A DNA stretch of 64,000 nt from Halarcobacter sp. (GTDB lineage: Bacteria; Campylobacterota; Campylobacteria; Campylobacterales; Arcobacteraceae), in contig OY781089.1 of the NCBI GenBank assembly GCA_963676565.1, positions 1,088,001-1,152,000 of the forward strand, read 5' to 3'. Shown piece after piece: positions 1 through 10,006 of the stretch; within the stretch, counting starts at the first letter, position 1; each line of letters begins with the position of its first letter. The notes beneath the pieces are model-generated. The model saw nothing but the letters and a program-made list of their open reading frames with translations. It had not been told where the DNA came from and ran no database searches. The position numbers and the translations under genes are program-made.

Positions 1-1559
1 GTCTTTTTTTACAGCTAATCCACCATTGATTTTTGCATTTGTTAAAATTTCATTTACTTTAAATTTATCAAAACCATATTTCTGAATTATTCTTTCAGCA
101 TAAACTCCTAAAGATAACAATGATGAATGTTCATCTTTTGAAATAATATCCATAATCTTATCAATATCTTTTTCTACTACAATATTTAATTCAGGATAAA
201 AACTATTAATAATTTTTTTGTGAACCTCAAAAAGTACATAAAAAACTCTATCTCTTGGTATTTTGTCAAGTATATTTATAACAGGTACTTTTATTGATGA
301 AATAATCCAAAAGTCATCCCATAAGAATGGTGTTGTAACTTCATAATTTTTAAATCTTTTCGATTTTGGTGATACCGATGAAATTAAATCACATTCACCT
401 TTTTTGGCTCTTTCATTTAATTGTGAATTTGATGTTGAGGCAATAGCTTTAAAGTTTATATTTAGCAAATTGGAAACATTATCTAAATACTCACCCATGA
501 TACCTATAACTTTTTCTGATTTTACACCATCAAAGGGGTAAAAATTGTATTGAGCACATATTGTGAAATCGGTATTTTGAGATAAAAAAAGTTGTTCTTT
601 CTTGTTTAAATTTATATATGGGTTTATTTTATGTTCATAAATAAAGTTATCAAGTTTTTTAAAGTTTAACTTATCCTCAAATCTTAATGCAAAATTTGAT
701 GCAATTTGTCTTAATTTTAAAGGTTCTATTTTTCCAAAATCTTTTAAATCTCCTACTGCTAATTCTTTTAAACTTTTTGCTTCATAAAGTAAAGATTCTT
801 TGCTTTTATTTTGGGTATTGTATTTTTTTAATATTATATTAACTGTTTCTTCAATATTTTCAAAGGCATAGATCCATCCTTTTATTGAAGCATTATAAAA
901 GTTTTCCACTATTTCAGGGTTTTCTTTTATTAGTTTATTACTTGTAAAAACCATATCACCATAAAAATCTATTCCCCAATCTTTTGGATTTATAATTAAA
1001 GGTTCGAAACCTTTTTCTTTTAACAAATAAGGCTCATTTGAAATATATCCACTTATTAAGTCAGTTTTATTATTAACTAAATCATCTATACTAAAGGTTG
1101 GATTTTTTTTAATAAAATTTACCCCTGAATTTATGAGCAAATTTTGTATTGCTATATTTGCAATAGAATAATTTGGAATTTCAATAATTTTGTTTTCCAA
1201 TTTATTGGGGTGGTCAAGTTGATTTTTTTTAATCCAACTAAAGCTAAAGGGGAGTGTTGAAATACTGAGAATAAAGCAGTTATCTCTTTACCATTCATTT
1301 TTTCAAAAATGATAGATGAATCACCAACACCAAAAGTATATTTATTGTTTAATACTGATTCAATAGGTCTTTGTTCTTTTAATTCATTAATTTTTACATT
1401 TAGATTAAACTCATCATAAAAACCCTTTTCCTTTGCCATATAAAATCCAGCAAATTGAAATTGATGTTTCCATTTAAGTTGGAGTGAGACATTATTCTTT
1501 CCATATAATAAATTAAATGGAGAAAAAAGAAAAATAAAAGCAAGGAAAAGTAATCTCAT
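1..1559 (-). pseudogene. Periplasmic-sensor protein (NMT1/THI5-like SBP domain followed by SBP_bac_3-like domain), frameshifted at A8 tract; runs off window start
   Basis: ORF 1152..1559 starts with a signal peptide and LQLKWKHQFQFAGFY (NMT1/THI5-like). Adding one A to the A8 tract (T8 at 1223-1230) joins it to a long downstream reading frame (...SGYISNEPY...DWGIDFYGD...KGWIYAF...CAQYNFYPF...) that appears to continue to the window edge. Confidence 0.85.
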
Positions 1560-1632
1560 AATCAGTCCTTGTTACGATTTTTAATTATAGCACAAGAGTT
1601 GAGAATTCAATCTAAAATATTATCTTTTAATC

Positions 1633-2166
1633 TTATGCAAATACATGACTCTTACTTTTTGGAGTTTCTGCAAATTCTACACTCGCTACTTTTATACCTA
1701 TTTTAGACATCTTCTTTTGAGCAATTGTTAAAAACCAAGCAGATAAATTTTCACTTGTTGGTACAAAATCAACTAATATATAACCTTCATACATCTCAAT
1801 TATATGTTTTGGTTCCTCTTTTATTTTTGTTAAATCAGGAATATAATATCCCTCATCAAACTTAATTAATTCATCTTTTTTGTAATGAGGTAAAAGTGTT
1901 TCAAATAAGGGGTCATTTAAATCGAGTATAAATTTATGATCTAAAGTATCATCTAAAAACACTTTAAACCAGTTTAGATGTTTAAAATCTGTAACCATCC
2001 CATTTTCTAATTGAGATGATTCAAGATAAATTACAATTTTCCCTTGATGTCCATGAAGGTGTCTACACTTTAGACATGGGTCCAATGAATATTCTGGGTT
2101 CAATTCTTGAGACCAAACTCTATGACCATAACAAAAGTCAAATGATTTAGAAATTTTCCAAGTCAA
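1633..2166 (-). CDS. queD: 6-carboxytetrahydropterin synthase
   Basis: FCYGHRV, CRHLHGH, VTDFK, PTSENL motifs; adjacent to queC; TTG start. Confidence 0.9.
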   Translation of the reverse strand: MTWKISKSFDFCYGHRVWSQELNPEYSLDPCLKCRHLHGHQGKIVIYLESSQLENGMVTDFKHLNWFKVFLDDTLDHKFILDLNDPLFETLLPHYKKDELIKFDEGYYIPDLTKIKEEPKHIIEMYEGYILVDFVPTSENLSAWFLTIAQKKMSKIGIKVASVEFAETPKSKSHVFA

Positions 2167-2168
2167 AA

Positions 2169-2849
2169 TTAAGCCTTATAAGGAATTGGGTCAGTTACAT
2201 TTGCTTCTTTAAAACCATTTAGTCTTAATCTGCACGAGTCACAAACTCCACAAGCTTCCTCTTCCTCTTTATAACATGACCATGTATGTTTTAAAGGTAC
2301 ATCTAATTCAATTGCTTTTTTAACAATATCTTTTTTCATAAGTTTTACAAGAGGTGTTTTAATCTCTACTTTTGTTGTTTCTTTTGTCCCTTCATTTATA
2401 GCACTTGTCATTTTATAAATAAATGAATCTGTACAATCTGGATAACCTGAACTATCCTCTTCCACAACACCAATAAATAGTGCTTGTGCTTCTTCTTTTT
2501 CTGCAATTGCAGTTGCTATTGATAAGAATATACCATTTCTAAATGGCACATATGTAATTGGAACTCCTGGTTCAACACCACTAGTTGGTACATCTATTGA
2601 AGCATCAGTTAAAGCACTTGCTCCAATTTGCGTGAAGAATGGGATATCAATTTCATATTTTTCTTCTATTTGTAAATCTTCACAGATATCTCTAAAGGCT
2701 TTTAGTTCCCTTTTTTCTGTTCTTTGTCCATAATTAAAATGGACTGCAATAATCTCATAACCTTCATTTTTAGCTATATAAGAGCTAAGTGTAGAATCCA
2801 TTCCTCCACTTAATATACAAATTGCTCTTTTAGTTAATTTATTACTCAT
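2169..2849 (-). CDS. queC: 7-cyano-7-deazaguanine synthase
   Basis: SGGMDS, YVPFRN, GYPDC, TWSCY...CGVCDSC. Confidence 0.97.
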   Translation of the reverse strand: MSNKLTKRAICILSGGMDSTLSSYIAKNEGYEIIAVHFNYGQRTEKRELKAFRDICEDLQIEEKYEIDIPFFTQIGASALTDASIDVPTSGVEPGVPITYVPFRNGIFLSIATAIAEKEEAQALFIGVVEEDSSGYPDCTDSFIYKMTSAINEGTKETTKVEIKTPLVKLMKKDIVKKAIELDVPLKHTWSCYKEEEEACGVCDSCRLRLNGFKEANVTDPIPYKA

Positions 2850-4065
2850 ATGTTAAAAAATCCTTACTAGTTTTTTCAAAAAAGTTCCAATTTATTGGTA
2901 GAATTTTTACTGGCGAATCTTTTTTAATATTTGAAACATTTTCATCTAAGACAATTAAACAATTACTTCTACTTAGCGTTGAAACCATTCCAGGGCTTCT
3001 TTTTTGATCACTAAAGAAATATTCACCATCAAAATATCCTGGAATAAGAGTGATTCTTCCTTTTTTATTATAAAAGTCCTCTCCCATTTTTGCATTTATA
3101 AAATTATGGTGTATTTTATTTGAACCTATTAATTTTTGAATTAAGATTTTCCCAAAAAATTCAAAAATCAGGGCACTAGCTAAGGGATTCCCTGGAAGGT
3201 TTAAAATATATGTATCTTTTATTTTTCCTAAAACTGTAGGTTTACCTGGTTTTACTTTTATTCCATCAAAAATATTTTTAAAGTCAAACTCTTTAAAAGC
3301 ATCTTTTGTAAAATCTGCATCTCCAACTGAAACACCACCTGAAGTGATTATTAAATCAGCATCTAATGAGTTTGTAACTAATTCTTTAATTGATTCAATT
3401 GAATCCCTTGCTTGTCCTGTAAAATCAACTTGGCATCCAAGTTCTTTACATCTACTCATAAAAGTAGGGGTATTTGAATTGTATATTTGATAATCTTCTG
3501 CTTTTTCATAATGAAGTTTTAATTCTTCACCGCTTGAAAAGATTACAATTTTTGGTTTTTTATAAACTTTTATATGGGAAACCCCTTGACTTGCTAGCAA
3601 GGTTACCTTTGAAAAGTTTATCTCATCTCCAATATTAATTAATATTTCATCTTCATTAATATCTTCACCAATAAATCTTATATGTTGAAACTTTTTTATT
3701 GTATTTGGTACTTTAATTTTGTCATTATCTAAGTATTGGCAATCCTCTTTTGGAATAATAGCTGTACAGTTTTCTGGAACCCTAGCCCCAGTCATAATCT
3801 TAACAGCTTGAGAATTTTTTAGTAAAGTATCATTATCATCACCTGCAAAAATTGTATCTACAATACTTAACTCTTTATCTTTATTTTCATAAATTATTCC
3901 ATATCCATCCATTGCAGAATTGTTAAATCTTGGTAAAGAGATTTTAGCAATAATCTCTTGTGCACTTATTCTTCCATGTGCATCTTCTATTGGAATAATT
4001 TCAAATTTTGGAGTTGTATTTATATTTGTGATTTTATTTAATGCTTCGTTTACATCTATAGCCAT
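2842..4065 (-). CDS. moeA: Molybdopterin molybdotransferase
   Basis: SAMDGY, IMTGA, TSGGVSVG, KPGKP, LPGNP. Confidence 0.96.
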   Translation of the reverse strand: MAIDVNEALNKITNINTTPKFEIIPIEDAHGRISAQEIIAKISLPRFNNSAMDGYGIIYENKDKELSIVDTIFAGDDNDTLLKNSQAVKIMTGARVPENCTAIIPKEDCQYLDNDKIKVPNTIKKFQHIRFIGEDINEDEILINIGDEINFSKVTLLASQGVSHIKVYKKPKIVIFSSGEELKLHYEKAEDYQIYNSNTPTFMSRCKELGCQVDFTGQARDSIESIKELVTNSLDADLIITSGGVSVGDADFTKDAFKEFDFKNIFDGIKVKPGKPTVLGKIKDTYILNLPGNPLASALIFEFFGKILIQKLIGSNKIHHNFINAKMGEDFYNKKGRITLIPGYFDGEYFFSDQKRSPGMVSTLSRSNCLIVLDENVSNIKKDSPVKILPINWNFFEKTSKDFLTYE

Positions 4066-4131
4066 ATGCCTATCCTTTTTTTATGACAACTAGGATATAA
4101 TAGCGAAATTTTTTAAAAGTGAGATTAACGT

Positions 4132-4536
4132 ATGGAATTGATGAGCGGGGCAATACAAACACATGTGATTGCTATTTATATATTTTTAATAATTATGATT
4201 TTAAATTTTTATTCAGTTATTAGTGCAAAAGATTTTATTAAATTAGCAAAAAGATTAAAATTTATGACTCCTTTATACCATTTTTCAAATGCAGTAATTA
4301 TGTATACAGGTGCAATTATTGCTTTTTATGCAACTACATTCTCTTTTACAATAGGATTAATGATTCCTGCATCTATTTTTCTACTTGTGATTGAGATTAA
4401 AAGATATAAAAAGATGAGAGTTATAAAAAGTGATGATACTAAACTTCAAGAAGAGTTTATTGTTTATGCAAAAAAAATATATACTATTGAAATTTTGGTT
4501 TTAATCGCAGTTTATATTATAAGTAAAGTTTTTTAA
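4132..4536 (+). CDS. Hypothetical membrane protein (about 4 TM)
   Basis: 134-aa ORF with four hydrophobic segments, directly upstream of rsmE. Confidence 0.75.
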   Translation: MELMSGAIQTHVIAIYIFLIIMILNFYSVISAKDFIKLAKRLKFMTPLYHFSNAVIMYTGAIIAFYATTFSFTIGLMIPASIFLLVIEIKRYKKMRVIKSDDTKLQEEFIVYAKKIYTIEILVLIAVYIISKVF

Positions 4537-4537
4537 T

Positions 4538-5209
4538 ATGCAATTTTCATATCATGAAAATAGTGGCCAAGAAATTTTAGAGATTGAAAATGACTTATAT
4601 AAATATTTAATAAAAGCAAGACGTCATAAAGAAAATGACAAGATTGCTTTTAGAAATTTAAAAGATACAAAAATTTATTTTTATACTTTAGTGGAGATAA
4701 ATAGACGAAATGCTATAGCAAAACTAGTTTCAAGTGAAGAAAAAGTTGTTGAAAATAAACATAAACTACATTTAGTATGGTGTGTAGTTGATCCAAAGAC
4801 TGTAGAAAAATCAATTGCTTCATTAAATGAAATTGGATTAGACAAAATCACTTTTGTATATTGTGAATACTCACAAAAAAATTTTAAATTGAATTTAGAA
4901 AAATTAGAAAAAATATTAATTAATTCTTCTTCTCAATGTGGAAGAAGTTCAATAATTGAGTTAGAGGTTTGTGATAGTATTCAAAAATTTATTGAAACAA
5001 ATGATAATTGTTATCTCTTGGATTTTTCAACTACTTCTGTAGAATCAAAAAAAGATGATATTAAAACAATTATTCTTGGGTGTGAAGGTGGCTTCTCTTC
5101 TGATGAAAGAAAACTTTTTGATGATGATAAAATTGTTGGATTTGATTCTAGTTTAATATTAAGAAGTGAAACTGCAGCTATTTCTTTAGCTTCAAAGATT
5201 TTGATTTAA
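4538..5209 (+). CDS. rsmE: 16S rRNA m3U1498 methyltransferase
   Basis: QCGR, GCEGGFS, ILRSETA motifs. Confidence 0.92.
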   Translation: MQFSYHENSGQEILEIENDLYKYLIKARRHKENDKIAFRNLKDTKIYFYTLVEINRRNAIAKLVSSEEKVVENKHKLHLVWCVVDPKTVEKSIASLNEIGLDKITFVYCEYSQKNFKLNLEKLEKILINSSSQCGRSSIIELEVCDSIQKFIETNDNCYLLDFSTTSVESKKDDIKTIILGCEGGFSSDERKLFDDDKIVGFDSSLILRSETAAISLASKILI

Positions 5210-5232
5210 GAAGAGAATAATCTCTTCTTAAA
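5205..5232. terminator. Bidirectional terminator hairpin between rsmE and the cytochrome c gene
   Basis: TTTAAGAAGAGA / TCTCTTCTTAAA perfect 12-bp inverted repeat between convergent stops. Confidence 0.7.
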
Positions 5233-5628
5233 TTACCAAGACCTTACAATCGAGTGACATCTAGCACAGGCATTTAAAATATCAGAATATGCATTTGCAG
5301 CATTGATATAAGCTTTACCTTCTAAGTTTAGTTCTAGAACACTTACATCTAAATCAATTCTTTTAGCTGCATTTTCAGCAACATTTACCATATGTTTTTT
5401 CTCTTCAGGTAAATAAGCAGAAATTACTTTTTTATCTGAAAACATTGAGTTACCTTCTTTTACAAGTTGTGCTCCACTTTTGATTAGCTCAAGATTGTTA
5501 TTTAGAAAACCTTGTTGAATTTGAGTCATCCCCTCTGTCATTACAGACATTGACTTCTTCATCACATCCTCTGCAGATGCAACTGATAATGTAAGTACTG
5601 TTGCAGTTAATATACTTAATAGTTTCAT
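5233..5628 (-). CDS. Periplasmic monoheme cytochrome c (class II / c'-like)
   Basis: Signal peptide, helical sequence, C-terminal CARCH heme motif. Confidence 0.8.
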   Translation of the reverse strand: MKLLSILTATVLTLSVASAEDVMKKSMSVMTEGMTQIQQGFLNNNLELIKSGAQLVKEGNSMFSDKKVISAYLPEEKKHMVNVAENAAKRIDLDVSVLELNLEGKAYINAANAYSDILNACARCHSIVRSW

Positions 5629-5692
5629 ACTATTTCTCCCCCTTATTAAATAGTCAATATCTATTATAGTATTAATAATATTAAAATAATAA

Positions 5693-5721
5693 AAAAAGGG
5701 ATGACAAAGTCATCCCTTTTT
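5693..5721 (-). terminator. Rho-independent terminator after petC
   Basis: AAAAAGGGATGAC-aaa-GTCATCCCTTTTT. Confidence 0.85.
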
Positions 5722-5752
5722 GCATAAAAGTAACACTAGTGAATACCTATTC

Positions 5753-6625
5753 TTAGTGAACTTCTCTCCATTTACTAGCTTTCCATAAAAATGCAAAGAT
5801 AGCAAAAATAACTAAGTAAATTAAGAATTTAGGTCCTAAAGCTTCCCTCTCAGCTTTTTTAGAATCACCAACTTCTTCCATATATGCAACAACTTGAGTT
5901 TCAGCTTCTTCTGTTAAACCAACTCTAGGCATTGCAGTACCCTCTAAGTGTTTTTGTGGGTCATTAATAAATTCATGTAAATATTCATGACCTCTTGATC
6001 TAATGTATTGAGATAAATCTGGTGGGATTTTTCCCATGTATGATTTAATATTTGCAGCAGGAGTTTTTGCTGCCATAGTACCATTCATCATATCACCATA
6101 TTTAATTCCATGACATCTTTGACAAGCATCAGTAAATACTTCTTTATTAGTCATCTCTTTTGGTGCAATAGATTGTAAATAAGCTACCATGTCAGCAATC
6201 TCTTGTGGTTGCATCCAAGCATACCCTGGCATTGGATGAACTCTTCCATCTTGGAATTTATGCTCAACTTTTGAAGCTTTTGCAGGATTTTTAATAAATG
6301 CTGCTAAATAATCAGCATTGTAAAGTTTTCCAGCAGTACTTAAATCTGGTGGAACAACTCCATATGCTGCTGCAGAGCTTGCATCATCCATTAATTGTGG
6401 GAAACCAGCTTTTTCAATAGAGTGACAAGCTGTACAGTTAGCTTGAACTAAAGTAGCTCCATTTTCTACATTCCCAGTCATTCCATTTAATCCATCAACA
6501 TCTTTAAATTTATAATCTGGAGCATCAACATGTGGGTGCATTTGAGAGTGTGCAAATGGCTCAACTCCCCAATATGTTATAAGTGTTAAAGCAGCAACAA
6601 CTGCTAAAATTTTTAATTCTCTCAT
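5753..6625 (-). CDS. petC: Ubiquinol-cytochrome c reductase cytochrome c subunit (diheme)
   Basis: CTACH and CQRCH heme motifs, PPDLS twice, C-terminal TM; follows petB. Confidence 0.93.
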   Translation of the reverse strand: MRELKILAVVAALTLITYWGVEPFAHSQMHPHVDAPDYKFKDVDGLNGMTGNVENGATLVQANCTACHSIEKAGFPQLMDDASSAAAYGVVPPDLSTAGKLYNADYLAAFIKNPAKASKVEHKFQDGRVHPMPGYAWMQPQEIADMVAYLQSIAPKEMTNKEVFTDACQRCHGIKYGDMMNGTMAAKTPAANIKSYMGKIPPDLSQYIRSRGHEYLHEFINDPQKHLEGTAMPRVGLTEEAETQVVAYMEEVGDSKKAEREALGPKFLIYLVIFAIFAFLWKASKWREVH

Positions 6626-7872
6626 GCGTCACCCCTTTTTTTAGCATCTAGTTTCGTAATAATTGGTAATGCTAGGAATAGTAATATAAATACCATTGCT
6701 GCAGCGAAACCTATATATGCATTTAGACCTGTTGGTGGTAATTTACCCCAAATAGTTAATACAATTAAGTCTGCCATTAATACCCAGAACCAAATAAAGA
6801 ATTTAGGTCTTTTATGTGCTGGTAAAATTTTTGAATCTCTATCTAACCATGGTAAGATTAAGAAAATAACATTTGCAAAACCAAATGCAGCAAGACCAAT
6901 ATCAAATGCTTTAATAGGACCAACATCAAAGAAGAATCCTCTTAATACTTCATATGACCATAAGAAATACCATTCTGGATAAATATGTGCTGGAGTAACC
7001 ATGTTATCAGCAGGATCGAAGTTAACAGGGTCCATTGCAAAGTTATAATGGAAGAATACTAAATAGAAATAGAAAATCAAGAAAATACCAAGTACAGCTA
7101 AATCTTTTGAGATAAATACTGGCCAGAAAGGAATAACTTTTGATTCTTTTTTATTTCCAGATAAATATTTTTCAGCTTCTTCATCAAAATCAATATCTTC
7201 AGAACTTTGGTTGTTTACGTGTGGAATTCTTAATGTATAGAAGTGTAATACAATAATACCCATAATAACTATAGGTAATAAGAATACGTGTAACATAAAG
7301 AATCTAGTTAATGTAGCATCAGCAACGTTAAAGTCACCTCTAATCCATACAACTAATGCGTCACCAATAAATGGAACACCACCAAATAGGTTTGTAATTA
7401 CCATTGCAGCCCAGTAAGACATTTGTCCCCATGGTAACATATATCCAGAGAATCCAGCAGCAGAGAATGTCATAAATAATAACATACCTGAAATCCAAAT
7501 CATTTCTCTACCTTGTTTATAAGAACCATAATAGATACCTGTAAACATGTGGATATAGATAATTAAGAATACAACAGAAGCTGCAACACCATGCATATGT
7601 CTAAATAACCAACCAAATGCAACCTCTTGCATAATTGTGTAGTTAACTGAATCAAATGCTAAATTTACATCTGGTTTGTAGTACATCATTAAGAATAATC
7701 CAGAGATTACTAAGATACCAAATGTAGTTGCTAAAAGAACACCCATTGCCCATAAGAAGTTAATATCTTTTGGGATCCAGTATTCAGTCATTAAAACTTT
7801 GTTTAAAGTTGTAGTGTTAAGTCTTTGGTCTAACCATTCCCCAACAGAGTTTGCTTTTTCAAATTTTGCCAT
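6622..7872 (-). CDS. petB: Cytochrome b of the bc1 complex
   Basis: GYMLPWGQMSYW, PEWY motif. Confidence 0.98.
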   Translation of the reverse strand: MAKFEKANSVGEWLDQRLNTTTLNKVLMTEYWIPKDINFLWAMGVLLATTFGILVISGLFLMMYYKPDVNLAFDSVNYTIMQEVAFGWLFRHMHGVAASVVFLIIYIHMFTGIYYGSYKQGREMIWISGMLLFMTFSAAGFSGYMLPWGQMSYWAAMVITNLFGGVPFIGDALVVWIRGDFNVADATLTRFFMLHVFLLPIVIMGIIVLHFYTLRIPHVNNQSSEDIDFDEEAEKYLSGNKKESKVIPFWPVFISKDLAVLGIFLIFYFYLVFFHYNFAMDPVNFDPADNMVTPAHIYPEWYFLWSYEVLRGFFFDVGPIKAFDIGLAAFGFANVIFLILPWLDRDSKILPAHKRPKFFIWFWVLMADLIVLTIWGKLPPTGLNAYIGFAAAMVFILLFLALPIITKLDAKKRGDA

Positions 7873-7882
7873 CTACAACCCC

Positions 7883-8383
7883 TTATGCCATCATCGCTGC
7901 AGCGATTTTTTTATATTCAGGACCTTCTTCACCAAGTACGATAGAAGTTCCTTTAACACTAAATGGAGGTAAATCAAGTGGTCTTGGTGGTGGTCCAAAA
8001 GTTTGTTCACCACTAGCATTAAATTCTCCACCATGACATGCACATTTCCATTGAGTCTTCTTCCATGCAGGAATACATCCAAGGTGTGTACATAGACCAA
8101 TAGCTACAGTAAATTTATCATCTCCAATAACTAGATCTCTTTTGTTATCTTCCATTTCAGCTGTTTTCTTAAGAACAAAAATTGGTTTCCCTCTCCAAGT
8201 AAATGTTTCTGGTTGACCAGCTTTTAATGCACTTAATTCAATAGTTGTAAAACCACCAGCTAATACACTTGGTAACGGATCCCACACTTGCTTCATACCT
8301 ACAAGTGAAGCCGCCCCACCAACTGCCGCAACAGCTGCAAATGTATAACCTAGAAAATCTCGTCTATTAGTTTCGTTAGACAT
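7883..8383 (-). CDS. petA: Rieske iron-sulfur subunit
   Basis: Tat RRDFL, CTHLGC, CACHG. Confidence 0.97.
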   Translation of the reverse strand: MSNETNRRDFLGYTFAAVAAVGGAASLVGMKQVWDPLPSVLAGGFTTIELSALKAGQPETFTWRGKPIFVLKKTAEMEDNKRDLVIGDDKFTVAIGLCTHLGCIPAWKKTQWKCACHGGEFNASGEQTFGPPPRPLDLPPFSVKGTSIVLGEEGPEYKKIAAAMMA

Positions 8384-8415
8384 TTAGCTTCCTTATTTTA
8401 AAATTAAATCTTTAC

Positions 8416-8457
8416 ATTATATTTAGAATTTACTTAAAAAAGTTTGATTTTGGTCAA
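8416..8457 (-). promoter_or_regulatory. petABC promoter: TATAAT plus Crp/Fnr-type box
   Basis: Minus-strand TATAAT at 8416-8421; TTGAC-CAAA-ATCAA at 8444-8457, centred about -41.5. Confidence 0.6.
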
Positions 8458-8530
8458 TAATGACGATTTTATGACAGATTTGTGCTTAAATTACACACTA
8501 TTATTATAAGTAAAACTTATTAAAGACTAT

Positions 8531-10006
8531 TTAGTCTTTAATAAATTTGATAATTTCTTCTTCTATTTTTTCTTTAGAAATCACAGTGTCATGATTTATT
8601 TTTGCAGTAAATAATTTTTTAATAGATTCTGGTTGAACTGCATTATATTCTTTTGAAATTATGTCTAAAGCTTCTTTATCTGGGTAAGTTTTAGTATCTT
8701 CATGTAAAGCTTGTAAAACTGTTGGTGAAAATTTAGTCCACTCAGCAGTCGAATAAATAACAGTTTTTAATGGTTTTTCTTTTAATGTCTCATAAGCTTT
8801 TAGGCATGTTGCTGTATGAGGATCCATAAGGTAGTCTTCTTTTAAAAACTCTTTAATTTTCTTTGCTCCATAAGAATCATCAGAGTTAACAGCATGGAAG
8901 TAATTTTGTAACACTTTCGTTTCTTCTTGTGTCATTTTGAAAATTTTTTTCTCATTTAAATCATCAAAAAACTCTTTTGTTCTTTTGGCTCCATATAAAG
9001 AGTAGATAACTCTTTCTATATTTGAAGATTTTAGAATATCCATTGCAGGAGATTTAGTTAATTTCAACTCTTTATCTCTAATATCATAAATCCCTGTGTT
9101 AATCCACTCTGTTAAGATATTATTTTCATTTGAAGCAACTAAAAGTTTTTCAATTGGAACTCCCATCTCTTGAGCATAAAAAGCACCTAAAACATTACCA
9201 AAGTTTCCAGAAGGAACAACTAGGTAAATTTTTTCACCAAAGCTGATTTCATCTTGTTTAAGAAGTTGTATATATGACCAGAAGTGATAGATGATTTGGA
9301 ATATAATTCTTCCAAAGTTTACTGAGTTTGCTGCAGATAGTTTTATCCCATCATTTTCTAACTCTTCTTTAAAAGTTTTTGAAGCAAGTAGATTTTTAAG
9401 TGCTGTTTGAGCATCATCAAAGTTTCCGTGGATCCCTAATACTTTTAAGTTGTCTCCATCTTCACAAACCATTTGAAGTCTTTGAACATCTGATGTCCCT
9501 CCATCTGGGTATAAACAAGCTACTTGAATATTATCTTTATTTTTAAATGTATTAAGAGCTGCTGGACCTGTATCACCAGATGTTGCAGCTAAAATTAAGT
9601 ATTTTTCATCTCTTTTTTTAGCAATCGAAGAAAGAATTGAACCAAATGGTTGTAAAGCCATATCTTTGAAAGCTCTTGTTGGACCATGGTATTGTTCATG
9701 GACAAATAAATCATCTTTTACTTTAACTACAGGACATGGATTTGAAGGATCATCAAAATTATCATAAAGTGCTAATGCTTTATTGATCTCCTCTTCTTCA
9801 ATGTCTATTTCAAAGGCTTTTAAAATATCATAAGCTAATTGTTTATAACTTTTATCTATATGATTTTGTATAAAATTTTCTTCTAATTTTGGTAACTCTT
9901 TAGGTACATATAATCCTCCAAATGAAGCACTTGGGTTTAAAATTGCCTCACTAAAAGTTACTTCTTGTGGTTTAATCCCGTCATTACCTCTTGTTTCAAT
10001 AAACAT
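8531..10006 (-). CDS. thrC: Threonine synthase
   Basis: HGPTRAFKD, ATSGDTG, NSVNFGR, PSGNFGN, DPHTA. Confidence 0.97.
   Translation of the reverse strand: MFIETRGNDGIKPQEVTFSEAILNPSASFGGLYVPKELPKLEENFIQNHIDKSYKQLAYDILKAFEIDIEEEEINKALALYDNFDDPSNPCPVVKVKDDLFVHEQYHGPTRAFKDMALQPFGSILSSIAKKRDEKYLILAATSGDTGPAALNTFKNKDNIQVACLYPDGGTSDVQRLQMVCEDGDNLKVLGIHGNFDDAQTALKNLLASKTFKEELENDGIKLSAANSVNFGRIIFQIIYHFWSYIQLLKQDEISFGEKIYLVVPSGNFGNVLGAFYAQEMGVPIEKLLVASNENNILTEWINTGIYDIRDKELKLTKSPAMDILKSSNIERVIYSLYGAKRTKEFFDDLNEKKIFKMTQEETKVLQNYFHAVNSDDSYGAKKIKEFLKEDYLMDPHTATCLKAYETLKEKPLKTVIYSTAEWTKFSPTVLQALHEDTKTYPDKEALDIISKEYNAVQPESIKKLFTAKINHDTVISKEKIEEEIIKFIKD

Noticed and set aside
5753..6625. Two heme motifs in PetC
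   Set aside because: A diheme cytochrome c subunit is the known state in this phylum.
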